Assembly: GCA_905331295.1 (NCBI GenBank)
Contig: CAJNYD010000049.1
Span: 62,001-126,000 of the forward strand
Length of the DNA: 64,000 bases
Source of the DNA: Rotaria socialis
Taxonomy: Eukaryota
Reading direction: 5' to 3'
Under the pieces are notes generated by a model. That model saw only the letters and a list, made by a program, of their open reading frames with translations. It was not told where the DNA came from and did not search any database. Position 1 is the stretch's first letter. Every line of letters starts with the position of its first letter. Below are positions 24,595 to 36,176 of this stretch, in pieces. A program made the translations under genes and the position numbers.

Positions 24595-27567
24595 TACTTT
24601 ATTTATATTAGAAATAATAAATTGATCAAACATTAATAAAGAATAATTATGTATACATATACAACATTTTCTTTTTACCTTTCAAATAACGAAAATTCTC
24701 TTAGATATTATTTGAAAAAAATTAAAATAACTGTAGGGTGTGGATGTGGGTGACTGTGACTGCGGATGTGAATGTGGCTGTAGATAGTGGGTGCGTGTGG
24801 GTGGTGTTCGTGTCGGTGTGCATTTGACGTTGTGAGTGCATGGTTGTGGATCTGTATCTCTGTGATGAGAACACCTACACTCACACCCTGCTGATACTCT
24901 TGATTAATACACAAGGTCAGACAATATGTCAATTTCATTATGTGTTGTATGAGTATTATTGACATCAAACTGATTCAACAATAAGTTAAACTTAACTGTA
25001 CAAATCGATTAACATAGAACACATCTTACTTTTTCAAAGAGATTTGTCTTATCTTACAGATTGCTTGACAAACATTAAAATTGTTTTACCTTATTAAACT
25101 TGAGATTATCATGATGATAAGTGTTCTACAATATCATAATAAATCACTGAAGTAATGATTAAATTCTGTTAGGATAAAAATTCATTTTATGAGAGAAATA
25201 TATTTATAACCAGTGCTAGGGGAACACATCAAATCAATAAATTTTTATCTTTACTGTCAATAGAATTTTTATAGCATGTTTTAATTTTTTTTAATCAGCA
25301 AATTAATTTCAATAGAACGAAATTGATTCATAGATAATTAAAAGATTTTTACAATCGTAATAACCATTCAAATATATTTTAACTTTTTATCAATAAAATC
25401 GTGCTTTATTTTCTTTGAAATATTAATCAATAAAAATTTTATTTAATGAAAAATCGATTCATAAAATCCCTTTTAGACTTATATGGAAAAAGTGAGTTAA
25501 ACTAGTGTTTGTAAATTAGATAGATTTACATAGAAACAATATTTTATTTAGAGCTACCAGGACTAATTTCTAGATGCAAAAAATATTTTCTGACAGGACA
25601 ATAATCCAACAATGTCAAGTTTTCTGAATGAATGAGAAGATTTGTCACCTTTAATCATTTTTATAACATTTATTATTTTCGGTAACTACGTGCCATTTTG
25701 CATCGTCATCAGAAGAGGCACATCTTTTCTTATGTATAGTTTATTTTATAAAATCCTTACACAACACCGTTCTCACATAAAAGCTCTAAAAGTAGTTATA
25801 CGAATTTTGTGCCTAGTGGTTTATGAGCAAACCTATTTGGCTGATAAAGTATTGCATTAGTTTTTCATTTACTTTATTCTATAAAATGAATACAATAAAT
25901 AATTATCATATAATTGAATCAGAGTTATATGTTTTATAAACCGAATCATATTAGCTCAAGTGACATCTGTCGAAAAAACATCTAGTTGGTGCATATTTAT
26001 GTCAATTGTTATATTCTTGTTTTGCTTTCCATTATCGATCGATCAACTTGTTCGTAATATTGTTAGAATTATGTTCAATCTTTGTATTTTATTGTTTTTT
26101 TCTTTCCAATGTCTAGATGATATTTAATAAATAAAGTTTCAATAATTTCAGACGACAGTAATAATTACTGTTTTCTTCATATGAATCATCATTAGAATTT
26201 TTCGAGATATTTTATGAATTATTTTGTGGAACTCACATAGATTGTCGAAGAAAATAGTGAGTGTAAGTTGAATTGTTCGGTTATTGCGGCTCCCCGGTAC
26301 CCCACCCCCTCCCCATTACTGGCATAAAGCATAAAAAAAACTTACACTTAGATACACTAATTAGAAACTTTTTGGGTACAGGTTGATTACCTATGTTCAC
26401 CACTACTCACATCAGTAATAAAAATCTAGTTTCACTAATTAGAAATCATTATAATTAGGATTTAATCTCTAACTAATCATCAAAATCTGTTGTTTTTATT
26501 ATTATAGTGCATAGTTACGACAGTATTATATATTTTTATTACTACAGACGTTAGCAACGAATGTATGCTATCGCTACAGAAGCTAGCAACTAGTTCATGC
26601 TAGTATTACACTCGTTACTTCTACTACGTATAATAAACAGATGAAGATTTTAATCTTTTTTTTTCTCACACAAATACCTTAGTCTAAAGCTTCAATCCAC
26701 TTTGGTGTATTTACAATTCGGAACTTTTCCATAGACTGGGAAGCTTTTATCAAAATTTTTGTTATGAAAAAATGTATCAATTTCTCACCTGGCAATATGA
26801 AAAAATATAAATTTCTCAACAATATTGATAACTATATCCTAAATACTGTTTTAACTATTATCATTCACAATATTTCTCAATGAAACCACTAAACACTTCA
26901 GCATATTGACATATTCTAAACAAAAAGTTTTCATACGTTGTCTCTAGCAGAGCTCGGACGAAAGTATTTGTACTTGTACTTTTCGTACTTTTTGAAGTAA
27001 AAGTACAAGTACCAAGTACTTTTCAGGCGTACTTGATACTTGTACTTATACTTCGAGAAAAGTACTTGGTACTTATACTTGTACTTCGAGACGCATACTT
27101 TTGTACTTATGCACCAAAGCGTGTGTTTGTTACTGTTATTTGAAATATGGAACAATGTCTTTCTCTTCACTTAACGGATTTTTGTTTTCTTTGAAAATTC
27201 CACAACTATTTATAGTGCGAAAATGAAAAATAATATTTAGTTTTCCACGACGTTTCAAGGGAATACTCATGAAAGTCTTTTATGAAAATTTCCCGTTGAC
27301 TTGAATTTGTCCGCATAGAGTTTTCCACAAAGTTGACATTGACCAGAAATATTATTAATTAGTTCCGGGACGAGTGAATTCAAAAAATTGTTTTAGAAAA
27401 TTTATATGAAGAAGTGAAAATAATTCACAATAAGGTGAAAGAAAATACTACTCTATAGTCTTTTATTTCACATGATCATCTACTTATACAGAATGGAAAA
27501 GCTTTAGATAGAGATGGGAGAGAGGGGTGATGAAGAAAATGTAGTGTGATTAAATATATTTCTGCAG

Positions 27568-28605
27568 CAGTGGTCAGACCAGAGCTGGGCAACTCAATTC
27601 AAAAAATGCCCAACTCAACTCAACTCAACTCAATTTCTGAGTTGAAATGAATTGAATTGGGGGTGTGTTTTTGAGTTGATGAATTGTGTTGAATTGAATT
27701 GATAGAATGTTTTCTGAATTGGTGAATTGAAATGAATTGAATGGAGTATAATTCGGAAATGTCTCTGAATTGAATTGAATTGAGTTGGAAAAATTATTAG
27801 AGATCGACGATTTGAGTTGAATTGAATTGAACTTTTCTTTCAATGAATTGAATCGAATTGGACACCTTTTTGAGTTGGGTTATCCAGCTCTGGGTGCGGT
27901 GTATGAGCGAATCCATGCAAGAAATACTCGAATCCAGCTCCAAGATATCCTAAGTATATTAGACTTCGTCTTATTACTATAGAAAACGACTTATTTGGAA
28001 AAGAAATTATGCCATTCGATAGCCCTTACAGTCCCAGAGCTGGGCAACTCAATTCAAAAAATGCCCAACTCAACTCAACTCAACTCAATTTCTGAGTTGA
28101 AATGAATTGAATTGGGGGTTTGTTTTTGAGTTGATAAATTGTCTTGAATTGAATTGATAGAATGTTTTCTGAATTGGTGAATTGAAATGAATTGAATGGA
28201 GCATAATTCGGAAATGTCTCTGAATTGAATTGAGTTGAGTTGGAAAAGTTCTTAGAGATCGACGATTTGAGTTGAATTGAATTGAACTTTTCTTTCAATG
28301 AATTGAATCGAATTGGACACCTTTTTGAGTTGAGTTGCCCAGCTCTGGGTCAGACTTCCAAAAAAGGAAATTTCAGAAATTTTGGAAATTTCAAGTACTT
28401 GTGTTCTAAATTGTTTGGTACTTCTCAAAATTATATAATTTTGGAAATTTCAGAAATTTCCAAAATTCTGTACGTAGCGAAATTTCTAAAATTTCTAAAC
28501 TTCCCAATATTTCCAAAACATTTTCATTTGCTTTAGTATGTAGTTATCGAGTTGATGGAAGCTTCGGAAATTTCTGTAATTTCCTTTTTCGGAAATCTGA
28601 ACATA
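27568..28605. mobile_element. MITE with GAAATTTC repeats, interrupted in its left TIR by the composite insertion
   Basis: Rejoined left end CAGTGGTCAGACTTCCAAAAAAGGAAATT matches the reverse complement of the right end AATTTCCTTTTTCGGAAATCTGAACA (~28578-28603). Confidence 0.7.
27580..28347 (+). mobile_element. Composite of two direct hAT-type MITE copies (27580-27892, 28035-28347) with a 142-bp spacer
   Basis: Each copy has CAGAGCTGG...CCAGCTCTG TIRs and (AATTG)n repeats. GGTCAGAC lies at 27572-27579 and 28348-28355. Confidence 0.9.
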
Positions 28606-29968
28606 CCTCTACATCACTATGTGTAAACAATTAGTATACTCAGAATAATCATATCCAACTACTATATCGTCATTGCATGCGTATCTATTCAATTTCGGCG
28701 TGAAAGACACCATTACAGTTTGCTAAAAGTATTGCCTCGTAGGATACAGAATGCATTGTTAGTGTGGCTATCACTTTTGAAAAAATAAAGCACAAAATAA
28801 TATATCTTGAACACGCTTCGATTGCAAACAACAAAAGAGATGATAAATATGATTTTTTTTTATCAAGTAGTTTGACCGTTTAATTAACACATACTTGAAC
28901 TAAATGAAAATTAAAACGAATTTATCACTTTTGTTTATTGTTCAAAATTTAAGATTTTTTCATAGAACTTTTTATACTACTGACTTGTTGTATCAGCAAT
29001 GAAATATGTTTAAGTTAGAAGTCATTTGCCTTTGGATAGATTTAATGAGTTCTAAATGACTCGGTACATTTTTTTTAAAGCTGTTTTTAATCTTCAAAGT
29101 ATTAAATAATGAGTCATACATATATCAAAATAAATCTTACTAAACTGAATTTATTTTAAGTTCAATATTGTTAGATCGAATTAATCGTTTTAACAAAAAC
29201 TTTTACGGGGGCGGGGGTCAATTTATGGTAAAGAAATTTCTCACAATTTTATGTTCAAATACTTCCAGTCAGTATGGAAAGTATCGTATCGATTATTTGG
29301 AAATCCAGCAAAGCGATAATCACCCCGAGCTTCTAGAGCATCGATCTAAATTCACATAGATTCTTCTGACTGTCAGAGAGAACTATATTTATCTATGATA
29401 ATGACCCAAAGGAGCATTATCATTTACGCATAAAATTTATTATTTCGAAGAAACTCAAACAATTACAACAGACAATTTTTTCATCTGTCCTACAGTGAGT
29501 TCGTCAATATTTCACTGAAAAAAATCGATTGCAATGTTCTTATTTTCATCTAATTATTGATCAGATTATGTCAGAATAGTCATAAAACTTTTATCCAAGA
29601 CAGTAAAAATTACAGTTGAAAGTTTTATATGCATATTTTAAGAAAAATACGAAGTACTTTTCTCGTACTCAAGTACAAGTACAAGTAAATGGGCAAGTAT
29701 ACTTGTTTAACGACAAGTAAAAGTACAAGTACATTTTTTTCAGTACAAGTAAAAGTACAAGTAAATATTTTCAAGTACAAATAAAATACTTTTACTTGCT
29801 GTACTTGTACTCGTCCTAGCTCTGGTTCACACTACAGTTATTCGAATTTATCAACTTATATATATGAGTTTTTATTTTTTAATTTAATTCTCTATATATA
29901 AGTCAGATATAATTTTATCTTGTGATTTTCTTTAAAATTTTCTTTGATTTTAATCATATAGATTATTT

Positions 29969-30012
29969 GTCAACTGATGATTCCCTTCAGCAAGGATGAA
30001 ATTAGTCTTGAC
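29969..30012 (+). ncRNA. Minimal type I hammerhead ribozyme, copy 1 (partly degenerate)
   Basis: GTCAA-CTGATGA-TTCC cttcagcaa GGAT-GAAA-TTAG-TC-TTGAC. Stem I GTCAA/TTGAC is perfect, the base pair opening stem II is mismatched, and cleavage is predicted after C30007. Confidence 0.75.
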
Positions 30013-30183
30013 TGCTGTTCACACCCACACCCACACCCACCCGCACTACTGAATAATGAATTTTATCAACCTGTATATATTGAGTTTTTAATTCTATATA
30101 TAAGTCACAGATAAATTATTCTTTTTTGATTTCTTTAAGTTTTAACTTTGAATTTAATTTAATTTAATCATAAGGTAATATTT

Positions 30184-30227
30184 GCCAACTGAAGAGTCCC
30201 TTAAGCAAGGACGAAACCGGTCTTGGT
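30184..30227 (+). ncRNA. Minimal type I hammerhead ribozyme, copy 2 (intact core)
   Basis: GCCAA-CTGAAGA-GTCC cttaagcaa GGAC-GAAA-CCGG-TC-TTGGT. Stem I GCCAA/TTGGT, stem II GTCC/GGAC, palindromic ACCGGT in place of stem III, GUC cleavage after C30222. Confidence 0.9.
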
Positions 30228-30575
30228 AGCTGTTCACACCCACACCCGACTAGTTCCCATGGAAATCGAAATTTTTTCAGATAGCCAAAATAAGGTTACA
30301 AATATTCGATGGATTCTCTGTTTATTCATCAAGCAGTGATGCGAAAAAACTGCCTCATGAAAATTTTATTCTTCAAAGCTTGTTTTTTTCTGCTTGATTG
30401 ATAAAGAAAGCAGTCATTGAATATTTTCAAAAGCAAATACCTCATGCATACTTATTTCATCTCTTATTAAATGGTGTAATATACCAGTTAAAATAAATAT
30501 AATATTTTGGAGATCGTTCGACTACCTTTAAAGTCAATAGTATTCCTAGCAGAATATCTTCAATTGTATCTCAGC

Positions 30576-32405
30576 ATGCATCGATACTTCATTCTTATCT
30601 CGATTATACTGTAAGTGATGGAATTCTATCAAAATTAACAATGTAAAACATTGATATTTCGCTTTAGATCTTGCGTTTCTACTATCACAGGTACGTCATT
30701 GACTAACTAAACATTCTTACAGAAATGGTATTAATATCTTGTAGGACAAGATATCTCTAGTAGTTCAACTCCAACATGTGGATGTTGTCCATCACCATAT
30801 TGTCAAGTAAAGTCGCAGCCATGTTCATCGAATTCTGATTGTGAATGTTTACTAATGGCAATGACTGGAGGAGGAATGTGTGCTGATACAGTCATCTCAT
30901 GTCAAAGTTTGAGCCCATGTGGAAATGATAATCAAACATGTTCTTCACCAAATACTGTTTGTGTGAATAATAGTCGATGTGGAGTTCCTATCTGTTTTCC
31001 AATAAGTCGAGCTTCTTCTGATCGATGCCCTTCATTGTCTTCGAGAGTATCTATTACCACCTCAGGTAAAATTCTTTTCACAAATAGATTTATAGATTAG
31101 GGTGGTTTGTTTCTAATTATATATTGTATAAAATATTGTTTTCTCCATTGAAAGCGTCATCAAGGTCGACATTATCAACATTACAATCCACCATGGCAAG
31201 TACCATCAGTTTCACAACCACCGCCTCAACAACGACTTCTATACCGAATAGTAGGTACCAGGATACTAAATGATGATAAAGATGCTCTATAATTTCAGCA
31301 GGTAATAGTAAAGGAAATCTTCAATAGTCATGTATGTGTCTTCTTCTGTTAGGAACCTTTTCACTAAGATCTCCTTTTTTAACGAATGACTCTCGAAGAA
31401 CCTAATCTTTAAAAATGTTTCCTTCTAGCATGGCGTTATACTGGTGCTATGAATAATCCAAGAAGTATGCACACATCTTCGGTGTTAACAAGTGGAAAAG
31501 TGTTAGTTGTTGGTGGACTTGGCAGTCAAGACACTTCTGAACTCTATGATCCATCACTAGGCAGTTGGATGGCAACTGGTAGATTGAATATCGGGAGATA
31601 TTATCAAACTGCAGTGGTATTAAGAAATGGAAAAGTGCTTGTTGCAGGTGGCTATACTTTTGACAGTAGCAGTGCTATAAACAGTACTGAATTGTATGAT
31701 CCATCAACAGGCCTATGGACAGTTACTGGTTCTCTGAACTATGCACGCTATGGACACACTGGAACTCTATTATCTGATGGAAAAGTACTAGTAACCGGTG
31801 GATGTGGAAACAGCTATTTAAGTACTGCTGAAACATACGATCCATCTACTGGAATTTGGACCACAATAAGAAGCATGAATTATATAAGGCTTTGGCACCA
31901 AGCAGTTGCACTAACGGATGGTAGAGTGCTAGTTATTGGAGGATATGGTGGCTTGACCAGTGCTGAAATATATAATTCATATACAGGTACCTGGACGACC
32001 ACTGGTTACATGAATAGTGCGCGATATAGTCATAAAGCATGTACTTTAACGAATGGGAAAGTTTTAGTTGCTGGTGGGTCTACCGGAAGTGTTTACTTGA
32101 ATAGCAGTGAATTGTTTGATTCATCGACAGGCACTTGGACATATACTGGTAATATGAATAGTGCACGAGATTATCATACAATGTCAGTATTGACTAATGG
32201 GAAAGTAATAGTTATAGGTGGAGGTAATTCCGATGCAGTTCTGAGTAGCACAGAAGTTTATGATCCATCAACAGGAAATTGGATTTCAACAAGTGATATG
32301 AATATCATAAGACATTCTCATACAGCATCCGTATTAACAAATGGAAAAGTTTTAGTGACTGGTGGAGCAAATCCTAATACTCAGAGTAGCGCAGAACTCT
32401 TTTAA
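30576..32405 (+). CDS. Secreted protein: signal peptide + Cys-rich domain + Ser/Thr linker + 7 Kelch repeats (~483 aa)
   Basis: Exons 30576-30610, 30668-30690, 30745-31065, 31155-31250, 31429-32405 are all GT-AG and in phase (1452 nt). N-terminus MHRYFILISIILSCVSTITG. Seven R..H.A..L.NGKVLV.GG...E.YDP.TG.W repeats. Confidence 0.88.
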
Positions 32406-33658
32406 TTGTTCGAGATTCATGAATATTTATAGTTACTAAAAGTTTATTTACATCACAGATCTTATATTAAAACAATATATTAACAAATGTATCCGATTCA
32501 TTATTATACTATTAAATATTTTATTTTCGAAATCTTGATTGGGTACGAGGAGTGGGATTTGGCTAGATGTGAATCGATCTGAGAATATTTCGGCCTGACG
32601 CTTGATCTGGATGATAAATAAATCAGTTAGCTTTAACGGCTGTTTTTGGAAATCAAACATTAGCTAGAAATTATGACATTGAACCGAGTTAGAAATAAGT
32701 AGTGTTGGCACCTAGTCTTTGTACATTAAATGAAAAGAGACTATTCGATTATTTTTTCTTCTATAAGAGTTAGATATACCTGTACTACGATACATTCGTA
32801 TCAATATATTGACTTGTTTTAACGCATGATGTATACATGTCTCGCTTAATTACATTTGAAAAAACCTACCTCACCGATCTTGAAAACAACTCAATCAAGC
32901 GTATTTCTCTAATTTCATATTGAAAAGTAATATTCATGCGTCAAACTAAAAGTAAATATTATGAGTATTATTTATCCACTTATAAAACTAACTGTAATCC
33001 TGGTGTATAGAATATGTACAGTTGTTTGTCAAGATATAGTAACATTCGATTCGTAGCTTGATAATATTATAAGCGGTGAAATTTTGATAAAGGTTACTAA
33101 ATAATTTGCCTTATCTCGATGGATTGTGAGAGCGTGGATGAATCAATTTAAAAACAGATCAATCTATCTGCTAGTCTCAACTTTTGCTTTTCAGCAACCA
33201 ATCAAAGGTCGAAAACAATTTAAAATATTGAATGGTTTCTAAATATAATTGTGCTTTAAATTTAAAATTAAATTAAAAGAAATGCAGAGTCAAATTTCGT
33301 CGATCCATTTCGTGAAATTAGTACTCTTATATTTTTGTTTTGCTACACATTCTATGTGTTGCTTGGTTTATTGATTCATTCATGTTATATTCTAAAAAAA
33401 CAATCATTGTATTGTAGTATCCCAGACGTTTTGCCGAATCTATCATATTCAATATCCATTTGGAATTTATTTGTATCGATAAACCTTCCTTCTACAATAG
33501 AAAGAACAACAGCAGCAGCCATTATTCCATCTTTAGTATTTTCCGGAGTTGGTGTAGTCATGTACGAAAGAGTTTTGTAATCGAAATCTCTTCTAATTAT
33601 GCACATATACTTCATTTATTTTAGATTTAAATCTAGTCTTTGACTAAATAGCTAATAA

Positions 33659-34218
33659 ATGAACCAAAACAACGACAGATGTAACCTTTTTCACGAAAGC
33701 GATCTGCTGTTGCAGGAGGGTCAACATGACACAGTGGAAGTGGTATCATCAGCACAGATACATGGTGAAGAATCAACAGATATTTGCAATAAAAAGTCTA
33801 AATGTCATGGAAATAAGAAATTACAACGCTTCAAACAAAAATGGAGAACACGCGGTTTCAATGAAGAAGAAATCGTGACATTGATTAATACAAAAAGCCA
33901 TGATATATCTGAACATCATTAAACGAGTCGATGATGAATGATGAAATTGAAACGTTCAACAAACGAAAAAGAAGCTGATCAAAACAAAAATTATCAAACA
34001 AATCTTTAATATCAATGAGTCAGTCATCCATATCACAAGGAGTTTTAAAAAAATGAAGGATTCTCAGATTGAAACAAAATCACCTATTGATAATAATAGC
34101 ACTCGGCTGGATGAAAACGATGATATTTCTTTTTATAAGCCATCACGATACTTAAAGATGCCACGAAAGTTTCTTTTACAGCCATTACGCCTTCGATTAA
34201 ATTGCTCTATAAAAAGAA
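33659..34218 (+). pseudogene. Disrupted basic ORF (KKSKCHGNKKLQRFKQKWR ... YLKMPRKFLLQPLRLRLNC), possibly a retroelement accessory ORF; truncated by the gap
   Basis: Two protein-like ORF pieces separated by stops/frameshift. The motif resembles a multicopy bdelloid ORF family I recall near Athena/Terminon elements (unverified). Confidence 0.4.
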
Positions 34219-34318
34219 NNNNNNNNNNNNNNNNNNNNNNNNNNNNNNNNNNNNNNNNNNNNNNNNNNNNNNNNNNNNNNNNNNNNNNNNNNNNNNNNNN
34301 NNNNNNNNNNNNNNNNNN
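34219..34318. other. Assembly gap (100 N)
   Basis: Run of N; the true size is unknown. Confidence 1.
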
Positions 34319-34598
34319 AAGCTCTATCAAACCATATATAAATAAACGAGAAACAAAATTTACTCCAATTCTGCTTTAGCGGCACCTTATAACGATTAGT
34401 TACAAAGAAAAGACTATTACCAGTCACATCCTTTTTTCTTCTGCTCTAGTTTCAGCATAAGTCAAAAACAAAACATTGCAAAAAAGAATCTGAGAAAAAC
34501 TTTCATCGATTTGTTGTTTTTATTTATCTTTCTTCTAATTTAAGATGGTAACAATATAAAACGAATGCTTTACTCAAAAATAAAAGACAGCTAAAAGT

Positions 34599-35129
34599 TT
34601 ATTTTTTTCCAGTGGTTGTTGTACTAGTGACAGATTTCTTCTGTGGGTGTGTACGTTTAGCATGTTTCTTTGATGGTTTTGTTATGGTTTCACCGGAAAA
34701 ATAAGTAGTAATATTTTTTAACAATGATGAAAGTGACCATGCTACTGCTTTTTGTTCTGTTTGACGAGGAGGTCCACGTTGAACTACTTTACTTGTTGAG
34801 CTTTGAGCAACGGCCAACTTAGCTGTTCGTGATTTAAGCAAATTTTTACGTCCAACATGATTATGATGTTTTGTAAATTTTAAATTACGAACATATTTTG
34901 GATCAACCTTAAATTTTAAAATGACAGATTTTCACATACGACATACATCTGTGTTCTGTTCTACATACTCCGCTTAATGATGGAAATCTTTGCGATTTTG
35001 GCCGTTTAATACCATTACGATGATCCTTTCGGTCTAATTAAAAATATAATCAAAATCAAAATAGCAAGGAAACGAAAAACATAGATGCATACTTTGATTA
35101 TGATTAGTATGATTTTTGCTTTTGGCCAT
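34599..35129 (-). CDS. RPL29: 60S ribosomal protein eL29 with C-terminal extension (136 aa)
   Basis: Exons 35129-35093, 35033-34969, 34907-34599 give [50 protein letters not shown]... Confidence 0.92.
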
Positions 35130-36176
35130 TGTTCGTTTCGGTTACAATAGAAGATGAAATATCTGAAATAAAATATAAGTTGGTTTATAAGATTGACGTT
35201 CAAAAAAAGAATTAATTAATTTGGAGAAAAAGCATTCTTTTTAGCTAACTAGAATAAAAGAAAACAGCATTTCCGTTTTGTTCATACCATTCGATAGAGA
35301 ATTTCGAACAAACAAAAAAACTTAATTTTTTTTATGTGACATACTTTCACTAGTTCTTCACTAAAGTTATCGCTCAAAATTTTAAGTGCTTTAGAAATAA
35401 ACAAACAGCAAAATCAGATTCCTATTTTATTTAGCCCACATGCACCTGTTTCTTATTATTTTATTTTATTTTAAATTTAAACATCGGATCACAGTGAAAA
35501 TAAAAATGCTAAAGAAAGAAATAAATCTTTGTCTAATGATCTGATTGGTTTTGATGAAACGTTTTCTTTAATATTTTTATAGTGGAGTGGAGCAGCATGT
35601 CGCAATTTATGAACTGCTGACATCTACCAAGAAGCAGCTATACTCTGTTATTATGCGGAGTTACTATAATATATAAATAAATTATTTATATAAAAACAAG
35701 GAAAACTCAAATATTAATTCGTAGAACTAAATCAAAACGGGAGATTCATTTAATCCAAGTTCCTTCCATCATATTTTAATTCGAAGTTGAAATACACTTT
35801 TCTCTTTTAATCTAATAAACCTTGGTATCCAACATATCACCTTGTAGCTCCTTCTGTAAAGATGTAGCAAGAAAAAAAACAAAAGTAAAAAAATCTATTC
35901 AATTACAAAGATAAAACAAGACTTATGCTGTTCTAATGCACTGATCATGTTGTTGAGGAAAATAAAATTTGTTTTGCTTATTCAATTAATGTTAATTGTT
36001 CTTCAGCTGTTTTCTGACGACAATGAACAATATCAACTCGATCTACTCTTAAAAATCGAATAGCAGTTAAACTAACAAGAATTTCCTTTTGTAGTGGCAA
36101 AAGAAATTTGGTTTTTGGAAAATATAATAGTTCCTCGTCGTCAATTGATTCATAACGTTCAATATATCTAAAACGA

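Larger units (their letters stand above)
26948..29824. mobile_element. hAT-like element ends with (AAGTAC)n subterminal repeats, enclosing nested MITEs
   Basis: Left end CAGAGCTCGGACGA (26948), right end TCGTCCTAGCTCTG (29824). AAGTAC/GTACTT arrays at 26962-27106 and 29652-29812. No matching TSD, so the ends may belong to two elements. Confidence 0.55.
29832..30247 (+). repeat. Two diverged tandem ~215-bp units, each ending in hammerhead + GCTGTTC + (ACACCC)n; retrozyme / Penelope pLTR-like
   Basis: Colinear similarity between 29832-30044 and 30045-30247. The ribozyme cores are 215 bp apart. Confidence 0.85.

Noticed and set aside
27625..28536. ORFs 27625-27843, 28080-28298, 28282-28536 (also 26931-27170, 11483-11787, 12139-12333)
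   Set aside because: Translations of short-period MITE repeats, not genes.
26960..29812. CRISPR-like appearance of the short repeat arrays
   Set aside because: These are 5-8 bp tandem motifs without unique spacers, in a eukaryotic context with no cas genes.
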